From the NCBI GenBank assembly GCA_016839745.1, contig JAEOTS010000085.1, positions 1 to 30,330 of the forward strand: a stretch of 30,330 nucleotides of DNA, written 5' to 3'. Each line of letters starts with the position of its first letter. Position 1 is the first letter of the stretch. The notes beneath the pieces are model-generated. The model saw only the letters and a list, made by a program, of their open reading frames with translations. It was not told the origin of the DNA and did no database searches. The translations under genes and the position numbers were made by a program. Shown one piece after another: positions 10,174 through 19,364 of this stretch. This DNA comes from Promethearchaeota archaeon. GTDB taxonomy: Archaea > Asgardarchaeota > Lokiarchaeia > Sigyniarchaeales > SOKP01.

Positions 10174-11358
10174 GTGCAAGATTTAATAAAGATAGAAGAC
10201 TGCGTTATTCTTATAGATTCTTCAAGATCTATGGTAAGGAAGGATTTCAAACCTAATCGATTATTAGTTGCATTAGAAACCGCAAAAAGGTTTATTCACG
10301 AGAAATTCCTAATAGATCCTAAGGATCGTATAGCCATACTCTCGTTTGGGGCAAATGTCGCTAAATTAATTCCATTTAGTTACGAAGAAGAAAAATTATT
10401 AAAAGCTTTAAACAGAATTCAAATTTCTGGGAATGGCTCGCTTAATGAGGGTCTCGCATTTTCAGTTCAATTTTTAGTTGGAGAGGTGCGAAAATTAGGC
10501 GGTAAAACAAACAGGATTTTCATTATCTCTGATAATAAACTAGAATATAGTGATAAAATCCAGAAAATAATTGAAATAACAAAAGGTTTGGGAGTATATG
10601 TTGATGTGTGTCAATTAGGGAAAACTGAAGACCATTCTCAAAGTATTTTGAAGAAAATAGCTAAAATTACTGGAGGTCAATATGGTTTTTTTAACAATTC
10701 AAAAGCTTTATTAAATGCTGGAGCCTCATACGCTTCGAAAAAAGAACTTAAAACTTCTACCGATTATTTTTCACCAGATAAAAAAAGCGAAATAGCTCCA
10801 TTGATTAGCGAGATAGCTTTACAACTCAGAAGACCTAATCTATTAGATATTCGTTTAATGATGAGTAGCAAAGAACGGGGTCAAGAAAAATGCCAGATTT
10901 GTCATTCTGTGAAAGCTCAAATAACAGGAGCCGATTTTTATAGCGAGGGACGATATTGCCCATCTTGTGAAAGACCGATGCATCTTTCTTGTGTTGCCAT
11001 GTGGGCAAAGAAAACAGAATATAAGGAAAATGTATTCAGATGCCCGTTTTGCTTTTTCTTATTAGAACTTCCTCCTACCGCATCAAAATTAGTTGAAGAA
11101 AAGGTTGATGTAGAAGAGCCAAAAATAAAATTAATTGATGAAAGCGGGATAGATGTCACAAAAATGACTCTGATTCCAGAACTTGAAATCGATAAAATCG
11201 ATGCATCTTGTACGTTTTGTCATAGCATATTTTTAGGCGATTATAAAGTATTTCAATGCGAAAAATGTGGAGCTTATTACCACGAACCATGCTTAAATAA
11301 AATGCACAACGAAATCAATGCGTGTAGAAATTGTGGAGCGCAGATTACTTTCAAATGA
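10174..11358 (+). CDS. VWA (Ssl1/Rpn10-like) domain protein with two C4HC3 RING/PHD-like zinc fingers; TFIIH p44/Ssl1-like architecture
   Basis: IDSSRSM (MIDAS DxSxS)...DFKPNRL...ITGGQY VWA domain. Fingers CQIC-CPSC-HLSC-CPFC (about 10891-11052) and CTFC-CEKC-HEPC-CRNC (about 11209-11334). Confidence 0.8.
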   Translation: MQDLIKIEDCVILIDSSRSMVRKDFKPNRLLVALETAKRFIHEKFLIDPKDRIAILSFGANVAKLIPFSYEEEKLLKALNRIQISGNGSLNEGLAFSVQFLVGEVRKLGGKTNRIFIISDNKLEYSDKIQKIIEITKGLGVYVDVCQLGKTEDHSQSILKKIAKITGGQYGFFNNSKALLNAGASYASKKELKTSTDYFSPDKKSEIAPLISEIALQLRRPNLLDIRLMMSSKERGQEKCQICHSVKAQITGADFYSEGRYCPSCERPMHLSCVAMWAKKTEYKENVFRCPFCFFLLELPPTASKLVEEKVDVEEPKIKLIDESGIDVTKMTLIPELEIDKIDASCTFCHSIFLGDYKVFQCEKCGAYYHEPCLNKMHNEINACRNCGAQITFK

Positions 11359-11493
11359 ACAACTAGTACTCAACCTCTTTCTTTCACATAAAGTTGAAAT
11401 AATAAAGTAGATTACTTTAACAATCATTATTAGTTATAATAAATATAAACAAAAACTCACACTATGCCAATCAAAAGAAGGAGGTAAGACAAG

Positions 11494-13542
11494 ATGTCGA
11501 AGAATGAGGTTACTAAATGGGTAATTACTTCAGCGTGGCCCTATGTAAATGCTATACCTCATTTAGGGAACATGATTGGAAGCGTCTTGTCCTCTGATGT
11601 ATTTGCGAGGTTTTGTAGGCTAAAAGGAGACGAAGTTGTATTTGTTTCGGGATCTGATTCTCATGGAACACCCGTTGCCGTAGCAGCGAAACAACAAAAT
11701 GTTCCTACAAAGGAATTAGCAATCAAATATCATAATATAATCAAAGAATTATTCGAAAAATGGCAAATCTCTTACGATAATTACACGATCACGCATAATC
11801 CAACTCACATCGATTTTGTGCAGAAATTTTACTTGGATGTTCAGAAAAATGGATATGTGTTTGAAAAGGAATTAGAAACGCTTTATTGTGAGAATGATAA
11901 GTTTTTTCTTCCAGATCGCTTTGTTGAAGGAGTTTGTCCTCACTGTGGATACGAAAACGCAAGAGGTGATCAATGCGATAAATGTCAAAAATTATTAACA
12001 CCGTTAGAATTAAAAAAACCTCGCTGTGCAATATGTGGTAATACTCCCGTACTCCGAAAAACAAAACACTGGTATTTAGATCTTCCTAAATTGCAGGATC
12101 AATTGAAAAACTTAATAAACCAAAACAAGATAATTCCTCAGAATGCAAGACAGATGTGTTTAAATAGCTTAGCAGAAGGCATTCCTGAAAGAGCTATTAC
12201 CAGAGATTTAGAGTGGGGTATCCCTGCGCCTTTTGAAGGTGCCGATAATAAAACTATTTACGTTTGGTTTGAAGCCGTATTAGGCTATGTTTCAGCTGTA
12301 AAAGAATGGGCTGATAATATCGTTAAAGACGAAAAAAAATACGATTATTTTTGGAAAGATCCTAACACGAAAACAGTTTTTTTTATTGGAAAAGACAATA
12401 TCATTTTTCATCTTATCGTATTTCCAGGATTATTGTTAGCTTTCAACAAAGATAAAAGCGAAGGTGAGAAATTAACGCTTCCTTATAACGTATCTTCCAC
12501 AGAGTTCTTGATGTACGAAAACGATAAATTCTCTAAATCGAGAGGAATTGGAATCTGGATCGATGAGGCATTAAAAATTGCTCCTCTAGATTATTGGCGT
12601 TTTACTTTATTATATAATCGCCCAGAAACGAGTGATACCTCGTTTTTATGGTCAGAATTTGAAAATAACATTAAAATATTAAACGATAACATCGGAAACT
12701 TTATTCATAGAACCTTAACATTCATTGATAAACAATTCAAAGGAATCATACCAAAAAAGTTAGAGTACGATGATACCGACAAAAAATTCATCGAACTTGT
12801 AAACAGCATTGGATTTGAAATTGGAGAAAATATAAGTAATTTTAAATTAAGAAAAGCTTTAAGAGATATTGTTAATTTTGGAAAAGAAGGGAACGTTTAT
12901 CTTAATAGTAAAGCCCCTTGGCATTTGATCAAAAAGGATAAAAGTGCTGCGGGACATGTATTTAATGTATGCGCTCAAGCTGTTTACGCGTTTGGTGTTT
13001 TATTAAGTCCTTTTATTCCTGAAACTGCGGAAAAGATATTGTCCTATTTAAATATCCCAACGTCGAACGATTTGAAATGGGATACGATTAACGAGAATTC
13101 TATAAAAGAAGGACAAAAAATTAAAAAACCGGAACCTCTCTTCCAAAAACTCGACATTAACGAAATTAAAAATCAACTTGAAGAAATTAAAGAAAGTAAA
13201 GATAAATTAGGTGGTAAAGAATTGGTATCGTACGAAGAATTTAAAAAATTAGATATAAGAGTAGCCCTCATAGAGAGCGTGGAAAAAGTCCCTAAAGCAG
13301 ACAAACTATATAAGCTCTCTATTGCTTTAGGAGACGAAAAGCGGACATTAGTTGCAGGTCTTGCTGAACAGTATAAAGCAGACGAACTAAAAGGTAAAAA
13401 GATCGTAATATTAGCGAATTTAGAACCGAGAAAACTGAGGGGGATTCTAAGCCAAGGAATGCTTCTTGCTGCTGTTGATGGGGATATCGTATCTGTTTTA
13501 ACACCTGATAAAGAAATCCCCTCGGGAGCAAAAATAGAATAG
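11494..13542 (+). CDS. metG: Methionine--tRNA ligase with C-terminal Trbp111/EMAP-like tRNA-binding domain
   Basis: TSAWPYVN..PHLGN (HIGH), Zn-knuckle CxxC pairs, YVWFEA, FIGKDNI, KFSKS (KMSKS) and C-terminal LDIRV...NLEPRKLRGILSQGMLL; GGAGGT SD. Confidence 0.97.
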   Translation: MSKNEVTKWVITSAWPYVNAIPHLGNMIGSVLSSDVFARFCRLKGDEVVFVSGSDSHGTPVAVAAKQQNVPTKELAIKYHNIIKELFEKWQISYDNYTITHNPTHIDFVQKFYLDVQKNGYVFEKELETLYCENDKFFLPDRFVEGVCPHCGYENARGDQCDKCQKLLTPLELKKPRCAICGNTPVLRKTKHWYLDLPKLQDQLKNLINQNKIIPQNARQMCLNSLAEGIPERAITRDLEWGIPAPFEGADNKTIYVWFEAVLGYVSAVKEWADNIVKDEKKYDYFWKDPNTKTVFFIGKDNIIFHLIVFPGLLLAFNKDKSEGEKLTLPYNVSSTEFLMYENDKFSKSRGIGIWIDEALKIAPLDYWRFTLLYNRPETSDTSFLWSEFENNIKILNDNIGNFIHRTLTFIDKQFKGIIPKKLEYDDTDKKFIELVNSIGFEIGENISNFKLRKALRDIVNFGKEGNVYLNSKAPWHLIKKDKSAAGHVFNVCAQAVYAFGVLLSPFIPETAEKILSYLNIPTSNDLKWDTINENSIKEGQKIKKPEPLFQKLDINEIKNQLEEIKESKDKLGGKELVSYEEFKKLDIRVALIESVEKVPKADKLYKLSIALGDEKRTLVAGLAEQYKADELKGKKIVILANLEPRKLRGILSQGMLLAAVDGDIVSVLTPDKEIPSGAKIE

Positions 13543-13543
13543 G

Positions 13544-14770
13544 TTATAATTTCAAAGAAAATATTGGATTTAATCGAGCAATGATATCTCCAAGTTCCAG
13601 TTGAATCGTTTTAAGAATTACGTCTCTTCCTCTGTACTCGAATTGTAATTCCTTTACATTGCGGACGATCTTTAACTTATTTTTATCTTTTAACAATTCA
13701 CACGCAAAATACCTCTGGTGTTTATATTCCAAAACTTTCTGCACCTGACTAATGTCAGGTAACATATATCCTCCACCATGGGGTAATAAATTCGCATTCA
13801 TTAATAGATCTAATAATTCAAATTTTTCTGCTCTTTCCAAGAAACCATTATTTTTTAATGTAATCTTTGAAAAACTATTGCGTCCTCTAAAAAGGTATCC
13901 TGCTAAATCTGCCCGTAATGTGGTAGGATAGATATCCCCCTCATCGGTACAGTTGGATCCTAAATACATATTATTGTAATCTTTCAAAAATTGGTGAGGA
14001 GTATTGCATATTACTTCGAAATCAGAACTGAACAAATTCATAGCTATTATCTCTCTTTTTACATTTGAAAAATTTAACGCTTTTTTGTTAAATTCAAGAT
14101 ATTCTTTTGCCTCAGAATCAAGCAATATATATTGATATCCAAAATCAGTGGGTTCTTTGATAGCATGATCCATTAGAGATTTTGAATTGTCAATGTACAA
14201 GCCTAAACCATACCTATCGTCTCGAAATTCCGGAGCAGAACCATGTATCATAAAAATATATGGAGGTAAATCTATGTCTGAGAGGATTTTCGTTTCATAA
14301 CAGTTAATGAAGTGATTAGATACCCCATAATCCCAATTTAATAACACTTCTCCACTGTATAATTCTGTACTCTTTACATTATCTATCTTTTTTATGATTT
14401 CATAAGCATCTGGTAATACTTCTAACCCGCCTACCAATATTCCACAGCAATTAGGTTTAATATTTAAAAAAACAATTTTATCGTTTCCAGAGCCCCAATT
14501 TAATCTCCCTCCATAACCAAGCCCGGAATTCCATCGGAAATTGTTCCTCGAAATAGTTTCGTCAGGAGAGGAGATAAAAGTCGCCTTAGGTTCAAATCCA
14601 TATTTTTCTTGAATGAGCTGAAATTGTGCTAAACCGTATTTCATATTCGCTTTGCATAGTTTTGAAGCGCCGTCGTTTAAACCAGTAGAAAAAATGTAAT
14701 CATTTGCTCTTTGAAGTAATTCTATTTTAGACAATTCAGAGATTTTATTGGATAACCTAATTGAACCCAT
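13544..14770 (-). CDS. Divergent RtcB-like RNA ligase family protein
   Basis: Colinear RtcB-like motifs SPD, GYGG, NCCG, GVSNHF, IHGS, PHQ and PHGGG. Several canonical residues are altered. Confidence 0.6.
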   Translation of the reverse strand: MGSIRLSNKISELSKIELLQRANDYIFSTGLNDGASKLCKANMKYGLAQFQLIQEKYGFEPKATFISSPDETISRNNFRWNSGLGYGGRLNWGSGNDKIVFLNIKPNCCGILVGGLEVLPDAYEIIKKIDNVKSTELYSGEVLLNWDYGVSNHFINCYETKILSDIDLPPYIFMIHGSAPEFRDDRYGLGLYIDNSKSLMDHAIKEPTDFGYQYILLDSEAKEYLEFNKKALNFSNVKREIIAMNLFSSDFEVICNTPHQFLKDYNNMYLGSNCTDEGDIYPTTLRADLAGYLFRGRNSFSKITLKNNGFLERAEKFELLDLLMNANLLPHGGGYMLPDISQVQKVLEYKHQRYFACELLKDKNKLKIVRNVKELQFEYRGRDVILKTIQLELGDIIARLNPIFSLKL

Positions 14771-14858
14771 TCTACTTTATATTTAGATATTATTATATTT
14801 ATATATTTGATAGTATAATTAGTTGTTAGGAAAAAGTGATCTTGATTTAATAATAATT

Positions 14859-15497
14859 ATGAGTAACATAGACAACAGAATATTATTCGATTCGGTGAAA
14901 GGGATACATTTAGATGGAGAATTTGAAGGTTCAATAATTACACGGTGTAAAGATGACAACGATTCTATTATATTCTCCGACAATCTAAAAATTTCGAACT
15001 CAGAAGGTATTTTTATAACCGAAGGTTTTAGAGTAGGCTTTGAATTAAATTACAATAAAAAAACCGCCTTTTCTCGTAAAATTGAAGCTCAGTGGTACGA
15101 GGATTTTGAGTCTATTGAATATTCAATTCTAATTTCAGAGGATATAATGCAGATTTACGACGAAGGACAATTTTCGGACGCTTTTCCCTACACTTTAAAC
15201 AAACTTAATACGGCAGCTCTTTATCTAGACGATTATCATTATGGAATCAACCATTTAGAATTTTTTAAGGAAGAGATGGTTAGGAATCCCGTGGCTCTTG
15301 TTGGAAACGGAGTTATCGTTGCGGATAGAGTAGTTATCGATGAAAGAATTGATCCTGTTTTTTACGATTGCCTAATCGTTGGACGAGATAAAAACGAGGA
15401 TCTTTCGGTTTCTTTTGAGCCCTACATGAATGTCAAGAAATCGTTAACCGATGTTAAATATATCATTATTTTAGGAATAGAAGAGTTGAAACTTTAG
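14859..15497 (+). CDS. Hypothetical acidic soluble protein
   Basis: The ORF track starts at TTG 14823, but ATG 14859 (MSNIDN) is more likely. Asp/Glu-rich, no recognisable motif, divergent from the RtcB-like gene. Confidence 0.75.
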   Translation: MSNIDNRILFDSVKGIHLDGEFEGSIITRCKDDNDSIIFSDNLKISNSEGIFITEGFRVGFELNYNKKTAFSRKIEAQWYEDFESIEYSILISEDIMQIYDEGQFSDAFPYTLNKLNTAALYLDDYHYGINHLEFFKEEMVRNPVALVGNGVIVADRVVIDERIDPVFYDCLIVGRDKNEDLSVSFEPYMNVKKSLTDVKYIIILGIEELKL

Positions 15498-15587
15498 CAA
15501 AATATGTTATATTTTTATTTAAAAACTTAAATATTATATAGAATCTAAATAATTAATTTTTGATTAAAATGGCTTCTCAAATTTAGC

Positions 15588-16319
15588 GTGAATAGCTTGT
15601 TAGTTCAAAGTATTCTAACTGAAAGAATTATATTTATTTCTATAGTTCAAATTTGGCCTATTTTTTATGGTTCATTCTTTGCATTTAAACTATTAAAAAG
15701 AGCAAAAAATCGGTTAACGATTACTCTAAGCAGTGTTTTTGTATTGATTTCACTCACATATTTCTTAGTTTATCTATCAGTAATCCTCTTAAATTGGACT
15801 TTTTCATACCTTATTTATGTGTTTGGAACATATACCTTCATTTTCAGTCAAGGTGTTTTAGTGATTTTTAGTTGGCTACTTATAAATGTTGACAAGAAAA
15901 CCATTTATTGGAAGTTAAGTCTTGGGATTGTATTTTATGGTATATCTTCAATTTATGTTCTATGGGTAGGAATTTATTTTGAGGGGATAAGATTTGATTC
16001 AAGTACTAATTGGATACCGATTTTTAGTTGGGATTTTCTTATTATCAGTTGGAGCTATCTAGTATTATTTATAGTCTTTCCTCAGGTATATCTATCGTTA
16101 AGGATGTTGATTGTATTTGAGGGCGTAATACTGAAACGCAGAGTTCATATGTTTATAATTAGTGTGTTTTTGGAGTTCTTAATGGTTTTTTTCTTAATAT
16201 TATATAATACTTGGATTGAAAATCAACTTTACAGGACTTTTCATATGTTTTTTTTTCCACCATTAACCACTATATCAGCTTATTTAGTTTATAAGGGCTT
16301 TGGTAAAGAGCTAGGATAA
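15588..16319 (+). CDS. Seven-transmembrane protein (stand-alone, HisKA_7TM-like layout)
   Basis: 243 aa with seven hydrophobic segments, a longer loop (EGIRFDSSTNWIP) between TM4 and TM5, and no soluble output domain. Confidence 0.75.
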   Translation: MNSLLVQSILTERIIFISIVQIWPIFYGSFFAFKLLKRAKNRLTITLSSVFVLISLTYFLVYLSVILLNWTFSYLIYVFGTYTFIFSQGVLVIFSWLLINVDKKTIYWKLSLGIVFYGISSIYVLWVGIYFEGIRFDSSTNWIPIFSWDFLIISWSYLVLFIVFPQVYLSLRMLIVFEGVILKRRVHMFIISVFLEFLMVFFLILYNTWIENQLYRTFHMFFFPPLTTISAYLVYKGFGKELG

Positions 16320-16483
16320 TAAAGTTTAAAGCTCCTCAAGAGCAATTCAAGATTTTACTCTTCTTATTCAAATATAGGTAAATCATATTACTTAACTTTA
16401 TCAACAATTTTATATTGCTTAACTTGTAATTAACATATTGTGGTTCTTAGATAAATAAGAATCGATTGTAAATATTTGAAAAG

Positions 16484-17716
16484 ATGATATTACACGAAAA
16501 TAATGAAGCAAGATTACTCAACATAATAAGATGGGGAAATAATCCTTTCAAAAAGTTTGTAAGTACAAGTGAAATTAAAGAAGAGTTAGATTTAGTAAAA
16601 TCCAGAGATAATCTTATTAGAAATATCAAATCTATTATCAAACAAAACAATAACTTTATCCTTCCTATCATCGGTGATGTTGGTTCCGGGAAAACTCATC
16701 TATTTTGGGCTTTAAAAAACAATCTTTATTACTACAATACTTTTTACATTTCGCTGGTATCGGTTTATAGGAAGTTTTTTTATAATATTTACTCTGAATT
16801 CATTGAAAATCTTGGAATAGGACCTTTAAAATTCGTTGTAAATCAATTATGTGAAAATTGGGGCGCTTTAGAGAAGAAATATGGGTTTTTCCACGTAGTC
16901 GATGTTGAGAAAGTAAAGCAGACAGCCATCAAACAATTATCTACGAAATATTGCGAAATAGAAGCCGAAACCTTAATCGATGCAATAAATGGAATTATAA
17001 CTCATCAATTAGATCCGTATAAAAAAATTGAAGCTGAACGATGGTTATTGGGTAAATTAATGGACGCAAAAGAACTATCAACCTTAAAACTCTCTCACGA
17101 TCTTCATAAAGGTAAAAATGCTTATATTCTGTTGAGGTTACTTATTGAAAACTCTAAATTGGGAACGATTCTATTTATCGACGATTTCGAAAAAATAATT
17201 AAAATAATGAAACCACAAGACGACGCCCCCGAAGAAATATTCGACCCAAGTTGGTTATATGGAACTGAAAAGTCTCCAAACGATATCGCTTCAGAGAAAA
17301 TCTTCACTAAAATAATTCAGTTGCAAAAGATTGAAGGATTACGTATAATAATTACTTTGAAATCGATTGAGTCCTTAGAACAAATCAAGAAAAAATATCA
17401 AGACTTCGATTCAGAATTGGTGCCATTAATCAAAGAACCTCTTTTTCTAAAGAATTTTAATGAAGATGACATATTTGATTTCTACACGAATACTATGAGT
17501 AAATTCTATAATAGTATTGAATGCAACGAATTTACGCAAGTTTTTGAAGATCGCTACTTCCCTTTAAATAAACTCGCGCTAAAAAATATTTTCGACCACA
17601 CTCAAGGAAATCCCAGGACATTAATTAAAATTTTAATCAAATATTTTAACGAGCTAATTGATGACGAAGAAGATCTCGATTTAATCTTAAAAAAATATGA
17701 AAATTTTGATATTTAA
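16484..17716 (+). CDS. P-loop AAA+ ATPase (BrxD/DUF2791-like)
   Basis: Walker A GDVGSGKT, helical insert with ERWLLG, Walker B ILFIDDFE and sensor-2-like GNPR. Confidence 0.75.
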   Translation: MILHENNEARLLNIIRWGNNPFKKFVSTSEIKEELDLVKSRDNLIRNIKSIIKQNNNFILPIIGDVGSGKTHLFWALKNNLYYYNTFYISLVSVYRKFFYNIYSEFIENLGIGPLKFVVNQLCENWGALEKKYGFFHVVDVEKVKQTAIKQLSTKYCEIEAETLIDAINGIITHQLDPYKKIEAERWLLGKLMDAKELSTLKLSHDLHKGKNAYILLRLLIENSKLGTILFIDDFEKIIKIMKPQDDAPEEIFDPSWLYGTEKSPNDIASEKIFTKIIQLQKIEGLRIIITLKSIESLEQIKKKYQDFDSELVPLIKEPLFLKNFNEDDIFDFYTNTMSKFYNSIECNEFTQVFEDRYFPLNKLALKNIFDHTQGNPRTLIKILIKYFNELIDDEEDLDLILKKYENFDI

Positions 17717-17743
17717 AAACTCTATTACCAATTTAGACTCGAT

Positions 17744-19123
17744 TTACAGTTCTTCTTGGGGTTCTTCTACATCATTTGTCTCATCTGAATTTTTGAGTTC
17801 TTCTATATCTTCTATTTCATCATGGATTAACTTCTTATTTTTGAGGTAATTTTGAAATTCCCAATCAGTAACTTTATTAGAATCGAGCGCACCGCTATTT
17901 ATAAGATAAGTTTTGAAATCGGTGACAATTTGAATGACTTCTTCCTGCTTGAATAACTTTTTCACTATCAAACCTTTTTTCTCTAATACGTACTCTGAAT
18001 AAAACCAATAAAAGATTATTGTAATCAATAAAGCTACAAAATTGTTCGTTAAATTGACTTGGCTACGACTTGTATAAGTTCCAGAGATTGAACCAGCTCC
18101 AGTTATCATAACAATTTGACCTTCAATATATATTAATGTGAAAGCAAATAGAAAAAAGGCTAAATTGTTGGGATTAAAAATCCGAAATTTAAAAGTTCTG
18201 CTACCTAAACCTCGAATAACTAAAACTGCAGTAAAAATCATCAATAACACGTCGATAACTGCCCGAAAAACATCAATACCTAATGCTTCAGTAACGCTCC
18301 TAAAGGAATTAATAAAACTAAATGATCTATACCAAGCAATTAACCAAATCAAAATGAAAAAGACCGAGGAAAATATATTCTGAGTATCGTTTTTCACGCT
18401 TTTTATGTGTAGAAAAACTAGTCGGTAGGAAATTAAGAGGATTAAAACGTACATCGCAATATTCCATCCATTAAACCACCAGAGAGGTTCTAAAGAATCA
18501 CCTGGGTTTTGAGGTTCAAAAAATGGAATGAATGCAAAATAGGTTCCCAACTGAGCTAATACCGGTACTAAAAGAGCCAAGATTAAAAACATAACGCTAA
18601 AGGTCTTATTTCTTTTTGACTCCCTATTTGGCAGTATCTTAGCATTTACTCTATCGGAGATATGTTCAAAACTAGACTTTAAAAAAAAGATTTGAGCCAT
18701 GTTCCACCCAAAGTATATTAATATGTAAAAACCCGGAAGAATGTAATCCCATCCCAAAAATTCAATAGGAATCTGCGTGGAATTCCCAAATAAAAAATAC
18801 AACAGAATTACAATAGAACTAAAACCTAAAGAACCAATAAAAATCAGTGTTTTCTGCTGATCTAAGCTTTTTGTAAAAAGATACCGATCAAATTTAGAAT
18901 ATCCACCCAGTAACATTAATATAATGAAAGAGAAAGAGAAGGTCGTAGCTAAAAATAAACCTATATTGCCTAAGCTTGTGCTACCTAAAAAGAAAAACAG
19001 TATTAGGATTAGAACTTCAATGAAAAAGAATATGGTATACGCAATATGACTCGGATTAAAAATTTTATGGAAATATTTATCGAGTTTAGTGCCTATTTTT
19101 GAGCGCCTCATTGGTTCGGGCAT
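17744..19123 (-). CDS. Polytopic membrane protein (about 10 TM) with acidic C-terminal tail, unknown function
   Basis: 459 aa with repeated hydrophobic segments; GGAG SD upstream. Confidence 0.8.
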   Translation of the reverse strand: MPEPMRRSKIGTKLDKYFHKIFNPSHIAYTIFFFIEVLILILFFFLGSTSLGNIGLFLATTFSFSFIILMLLGGYSKFDRYLFTKSLDQQKTLIFIGSLGFSSIVILLYFLFGNSTQIPIEFLGWDYILPGFYILIYFGWNMAQIFFLKSSFEHISDRVNAKILPNRESKRNKTFSVMFLILALLVPVLAQLGTYFAFIPFFEPQNPGDSLEPLWWFNGWNIAMYVLILLISYRLVFLHIKSVKNDTQNIFSSVFFILIWLIAWYRSFSFINSFRSVTEALGIDVFRAVIDVLLMIFTAVLVIRGLGSRTFKFRIFNPNNLAFFLFAFTLIYIEGQIVMITGAGSISGTYTSRSQVNLTNNFVALLITIIFYWFYSEYVLEKKGLIVKKLFKQEEVIQIVTDFKTYLINSGALDSNKVTDWEFQNYLKNKKLIHDEIEDIEELKNSDETNDVEEPQEEL

Positions 19124-19364
19124 TAAAATTACACTCCATCTTTATTTAATTAGATCTTGAAATTTCTAAAATAACTAATTGATGTTATGAAAGATCCATT
19201 CTTAAAGTTTAATATTAACCATTCAAAAAATTTTACAAATTATTCCTATTCTTTCTTTGTAGGAGGCAGATATTATTTAAATGAGGAACATAAATTTAAA
19301 TAAAAAGTACACTCATAAGTTCTTATTCAACCCAATTTAATTTAATAAAAAATGAGAGAAAAAA

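Noticed and set aside
15588-16319. 7TM protein as a microbial rhodopsin (YKGFG resembles the KVGFG of helix G)
   Set aside because: The Lys sits at the cytoplasmic end of TM7. There is no DxxxK/SxxxK context and no RYxxW motif in helix C.
16484-17716. BREX defence system
   Set aside because: No pglX, pglZ, brxC or helicase partner occurs in the window.
17744-17760. C-terminal QEEL as a KDEL-like retention signal
   Set aside because: It is a four-residue match in a Glu-rich tail of a prokaryotic membrane protein and is expected by chance.
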